From IMG/VR virus record IMGVR_UViG_3300030330_005672, positions 1 to 38,126 of that record: a stretch of DNA of 38,126 nucleotides; one strand, 5' to 3'. Both the position numbers and the translations under genes were made by a program. Positions within the stretch are counted from its first letter, which is position 1. Every line of letters begins with the position of its first letter. The stretch is from a virus. Its lineage: Duplodnaviria; Caudoviricetes. This document shows, piece after piece, positions 35,177 through 38,126 of this stretch. The notes beneath the pieces are model-generated. The model had not been told where the DNA came from. It did no database searches and was given only the letters and a program-made list of their open reading frames with translations.

Positions 35177-36826
35177 TTATGCTGTGATGCGTACCGCGAC
35201 GGCGGTGATCGTGATGAAGTTGAGAGGTTCAACGGGCGCGACTTCGTAACTGATCGCGATCTGGTCACCAAGATCTTCTAGCTGAATGTTTTGAAATGCC
35301 TTGATCACTCCATCTCGTACCTGAGCAGTGAGCGAGCTTTGTACTCGCGAGGTGATCAAGGGTACCTGACTCGCGCGAGTAGGGCGCCCAATCTGATCAG
35401 CCAGGGAAGACCGAAGTGAACGAAGAGAGACCAAGATGCTCTCATACGCGCTGATCTCACAGTATACGGGATTATTATCAGTGAGATAGGTAGTGATCGA
35501 GCGCTCGACTCGTGGCCCTAGATTATCTGTACTGATCGCGATTGTACCGCTCTTGAGCGCTTGCTCAATATCTGCGTAACTATCCCATGTCTGAGAGGTC
35601 TCGATGATCCGTGGACGCTTACGTGTCAGCGGTTCGCCTGTGTCAGATCCCGCTTGCATCGCCGCCAACATGAGCGCGGTGTATTTCGGGCTCTTGGTCT
35701 CGGTTTTACCTCGCGGTGTGATCAGCTTAATGCTCTGTGACGCGAGCGCTATTCCTGCATTGTTAAGACTCACAGCGCGCGTCTTGACATTGATAAGACT
35801 CTCTGTTGAGGCGATCGCACAATAAGCTTGACGCTCATATCCTGCGGTCGCGCTCGCGGTCAGGTGTGCAGGTAGAAAGCTCTGTGAGGTCGCGTCTTCA
35901 GTGAAGAGTACAACAATCTGGATATTTTGATTCTCAAGGCTCGCGAGCGCGTTCTGATACACAAACCCGTTACCCATCCCACCGCCAGAGGCATTAAATG
36001 AACCCGTAGCAAGTGCGGCGGCGCCTGCGCTTGTGTCGATGGTCACGCTTGAGATCAATGTGCTTGAAGAGAGCGCTTCAAGGATCAGGAAACTCGGCGC
36101 GGTGAACTGATGTGTCGCGGTCGCGGCGATGTTTTGATCAATCGAGTCAACCTTATCAAGAGGGATCTCGCGAGGTTCAATGAGTGTCGCGGTCACATCA
36201 TCGAGAGCGTTCATGAGCTGTACAGCGCTCGCGAGGTCTGGCGCCTCTGCGGTGGTCGCGATGAGGAGCGTGACATTATTACGAATCAGGGTGAGTGTAC
36301 CACCCTGAATCTTGACCTGAAGCGCGTTGGCCCCGTCTCCGTTGGTCACGCTGAACAGGTTATCATTATCTACATCATAAGACTCAGTGAGCCCGTTACG
36401 CGAGAGCGCGAGAGTGTATGTACCACTCGCGAGACTCAAGGTTCCCTGTAATCGGTTACCCTTCTGGCCCCAGATCCGACTCTTGAGCGTGAGCGGTCCG
36501 ATAGTGAGAGACGCCTGTTGTGAGTTCTCTCGCGCGTTTACCATCCGCACGCTTGACGCGCCGCCACTTGTCGCAGGGTCATCGCTAGGGCTAAACGCCA
36601 GTTGAGAGATCAACTCAAGATCGAGATCACTCGCATCATACGCATTAAGCGCACGCCGTGAGCTAAACAGTGTAGGGGTAGAGGTCTGGAAGCTTGGGAA
36701 ATCGCCCACGATCGCGATGTTTCCGCTCGCTACGTCTCCACCTGCGAGCGCGCTTGCATCAATCCGTGTATAGATCGCGGGGCGCGCTGTGCGTGGAAAC
36801 CCTGAAGAAGAGAGAATACTTGGCAT
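35177..36826 (-). CDS. Contractile tail sheath protein
   Basis: RP.IY N-terminus, WG.KGN, PLT.K, ITTY, PVEPLNFI C-terminus. Confidence 0.9.
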   Translation of the reverse strand: MPSILSSSGFPRTARPAIYTRIDASALAGGDVASGNIAIVGDFPSFQTSTPTLFSSRRALNAYDASDLDLELISQLAFSPSDDPATSGGASSVRMVNARENSQQASLTIGPLTLKSRIWGQKGNRLQGTLSLASGTYTLALSRNGLTESYDVDNDNLFSVTNGDGANALQVKIQGGTLTLIRNNVTLLIATTAEAPDLASAVQLMNALDDVTATLIEPREIPLDKVDSIDQNIAATATHQFTAPSFLILEALSSSTLISSVTIDTSAGAAALATGSFNASGGGMGNGFVYQNALASLENQNIQIVVLFTEDATSQSFLPAHLTASATAGYERQAYCAIASTESLINVKTRAVSLNNAGIALASQSIKLITPRGKTETKSPKYTALMLAAMQAGSDTGEPLTRKRPRIIETSQTWDSYADIEQALKSGTIAISTDNLGPRVERSITTYLTDNNPVYCEISAYESILVSLRSLRSSLADQIGRPTRASQVPLITSRVQSSLTAQVRDGVIKAFQNIQLEDLGDQIAISYEVAPVEPLNFITITAVAVRITA

Positions 36827-36854
36827 TTCAGCGCTCCTTATTTCTCGGTTAGGT

Positions 36855-36887
36855 GGCTATTATAGCCGATATTTAGATAGGTGTCAC
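36855..36887 (-). promoter_or_regulatory. Sigma70-like promoter upstream of sheath, -10 box inside a short palindrome
   Basis: GTGACA(36887-82)-17-TATAAT(36864-59); GGCTA-TAA-TAGCC palindrome. Confidence 0.6.
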
Positions 36888-37472
36888 GCGACCTTGAGGA
36901 GATAGACCCAAGCTCAATGTACCCACGATCTGATCAGGGCTAAACAGATTCACGCCTGCGCTGTCGTGCATCATCGCGGTGATATTGAGCCTTCGCACAA
37001 ATACCCCTAACTCTTCAGCGGCTAAAAGTTCTTGAGGTGCAAGCTCCGCGATATTCTCAAACTGAAATGTGAGATATCCATTAGCGATGAAATCTTTTCT
37101 GAGCGCGTGGAGCGCGGTGATCACGATCTGTGAGAGTACCTCCGCAGACTCCGCGCCTGCGGTCATGACCTCGATCTGTGCGCTCTGGTTTGAGATCGTC
37201 TGCTCTACTCCGAGTGCTGATCCTCCGAGCGGTCTATGTATCACATTACGACTCATCTGTTGACAGACTACGAGAGGGAGCGCTTGAGCGCCTGCGGTCG
37301 CGTGTGGAATGACCTTCGGCGTCTTCTCGCGTAACTCTTCAATGATCTTGATCAATGTCGCGTCATTGTGTGCAGTGTTGTACAGGTGATCGAGAAGCGC
37401 TTGTTGATTCGCTTGATCAAGATAGTATGCGAGCGATGTTCTCAGCGCTGTGGTGAGATGATGATGAATCAT
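36873..37472 (-). CDS. Tail completion/terminator-like protein
   Basis: Synteny immediately upstream of sheath. Confidence 0.5.
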   Translation of the reverse strand: MIHHHLTTALRTSLAYYLDQANQQALLDHLYNTAHNDATLIKIIEELREKTPKVIPHATAGAQALPLVVCQQMSRNVIHRPLGGSALGVEQTISNQSAQIEVMTAGAESAEVLSQIVITALHALRKDFIANGYLTFQFENIAELAPQELLAAEELGVFVRRLNITAMMHDSAGVNLFSPDQIVGTLSLGLSPQGRVTPI

Positions 37473-38125
37473 AGCCCTGCATCCTCTGCGACCTGGTTAA
37501 TGTTATCGATCACCTGATGCGCGAGATTCAGCGCGGGGCGTCCTGAGTGTTGCCATGCTTCAGGGCGCTTATAGGAGACCGTTCTCCATGTCGCGTATGT
37601 GGTGTTCGTGCCTCCACGTTGCGCGCCTTCTGCGGTCGTGACCCCTACGAGCTTCACCATACCTGAGAGCGCGTCTGATACAGATCTCACGCCCCCTCTG
37701 CTGATATAGTGTTTTGCTCTCCCACTCGGCATCCGTGAGCCGTACAATAGCCGCCCCTCGGACCCGCTCATGGTCGCCTCAAGGCTCTTCGCCTCGTCAT
37801 ACGCACCCTTCATGCCCATGCGCCTAATCTCTGCGACTTTTCGTCTAAACATAATGAAACGATAAGGGCGCCCGTCTTTAGTTCGACGTATCGGAGACGC
37901 GCCCACCCTCACAGTACGCAGGAGGTAATCTCTCATGTCATGTGGAGGTTGTCCCTGTTCAAGCAGATTCGGAACAATCCCCTGAAGCGTGACGATGACC
38001 ATGTTCGGGGTCGCTTGAGAGATTACCACGCCGCGCTTGTAGTCGCGGAGCACTGATCCGAGATCATCTCCCGCTTCGTGAGCTGTAGCCTTCCACGCGG
38101 CGGCGATCGCTACTGCGAAGCGTTT
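37469..38125 (-). CDS. Neck/virion morphogenesis protein, 5' end outside the window
   Basis: Frame is open to the window edge; Y.TWRTVS...W.H.G motif common in myovirus neck proteins. Confidence 0.55.
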   Translation of the reverse strand, partial: KRFAVAIAAAWKATAHEAGDDLGSVLRDYKRGVVISQATPNMVIVTLQGIVPNLLEQGQPPHDMRDYLLRTVRVGASPIRRTKDGRPYRFIMFRRKVAEIRRMGMKGAYDEAKSLEATMSGSEGRLLYGSRMPSGRAKHYISRGGVRSVSDALSGMVKLVGVTTAEGAQRGGTNTTYATWRTVSYKRPEAWQHSGRPALNLAHQVIDNINQVAEDAGL

Positions 38126-38126
38126 G

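Noticed and set aside
10193-36605. Many opposite-strand or nested ORFs in the track (e.g. 10410-10790, 12600-13217, 20115-20636, 25212-25739)
   Set aside because: Shadows of well-supported genes, with no RBS or motifs; only 13636-14589 and 34080-34358 have positive evidence
23337-38126. Tailocin, eCIS or T6SS locus
   Set aside because: Contiguous with phage replication, lysis and early genes and has no membrane-complex genes; head genes are probably outside the window

Overview
A 38 kb stretch of a tailed dsDNA phage or prophage with a contractile tail; the host cannot be determined from sequence alone. From left to right it holds: small early/accessory genes, a probable terminase small subunit, an SLT endolysin and a VRR-NUC nuclease; a symmetric iteron-like non-coding array at ~6.0-6.5 kb (likely origin); dCMP deaminase; an AT-rich captured restriction-modification fragment with a circularly permuted C5 methyltransferase; a repeat-built early module (9.0-13.4 kb) enclosing a class III nucleotide cyclase plus 2TM gene pair and a Mom-like gene; a two-frame split C5 methyltransferase, ThyX and a primase-helicase; a divergent DUF3310/Cas4-like/SSB/PolA block; and a minus-strand tail, baseplate and lysis operon. 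No capsid, portal, large terminase, integrase, tRNA or CRISPR array is seen. The most striking unexplained signal is regulatory. Six genes share an identical ribosome-binding leader (ACACTGGAGAA), four of them behind duplicated promoter or structured-RNA modules. A separate G·U-rich hairpin at 9596-9658, behind a candidate divergent promoter, displays the exact complement of that leader in its loop. This is a candidate trans-acting small RNA silencing a whole early regulon. All protein calls come from motif recognition by eye, not database searches.
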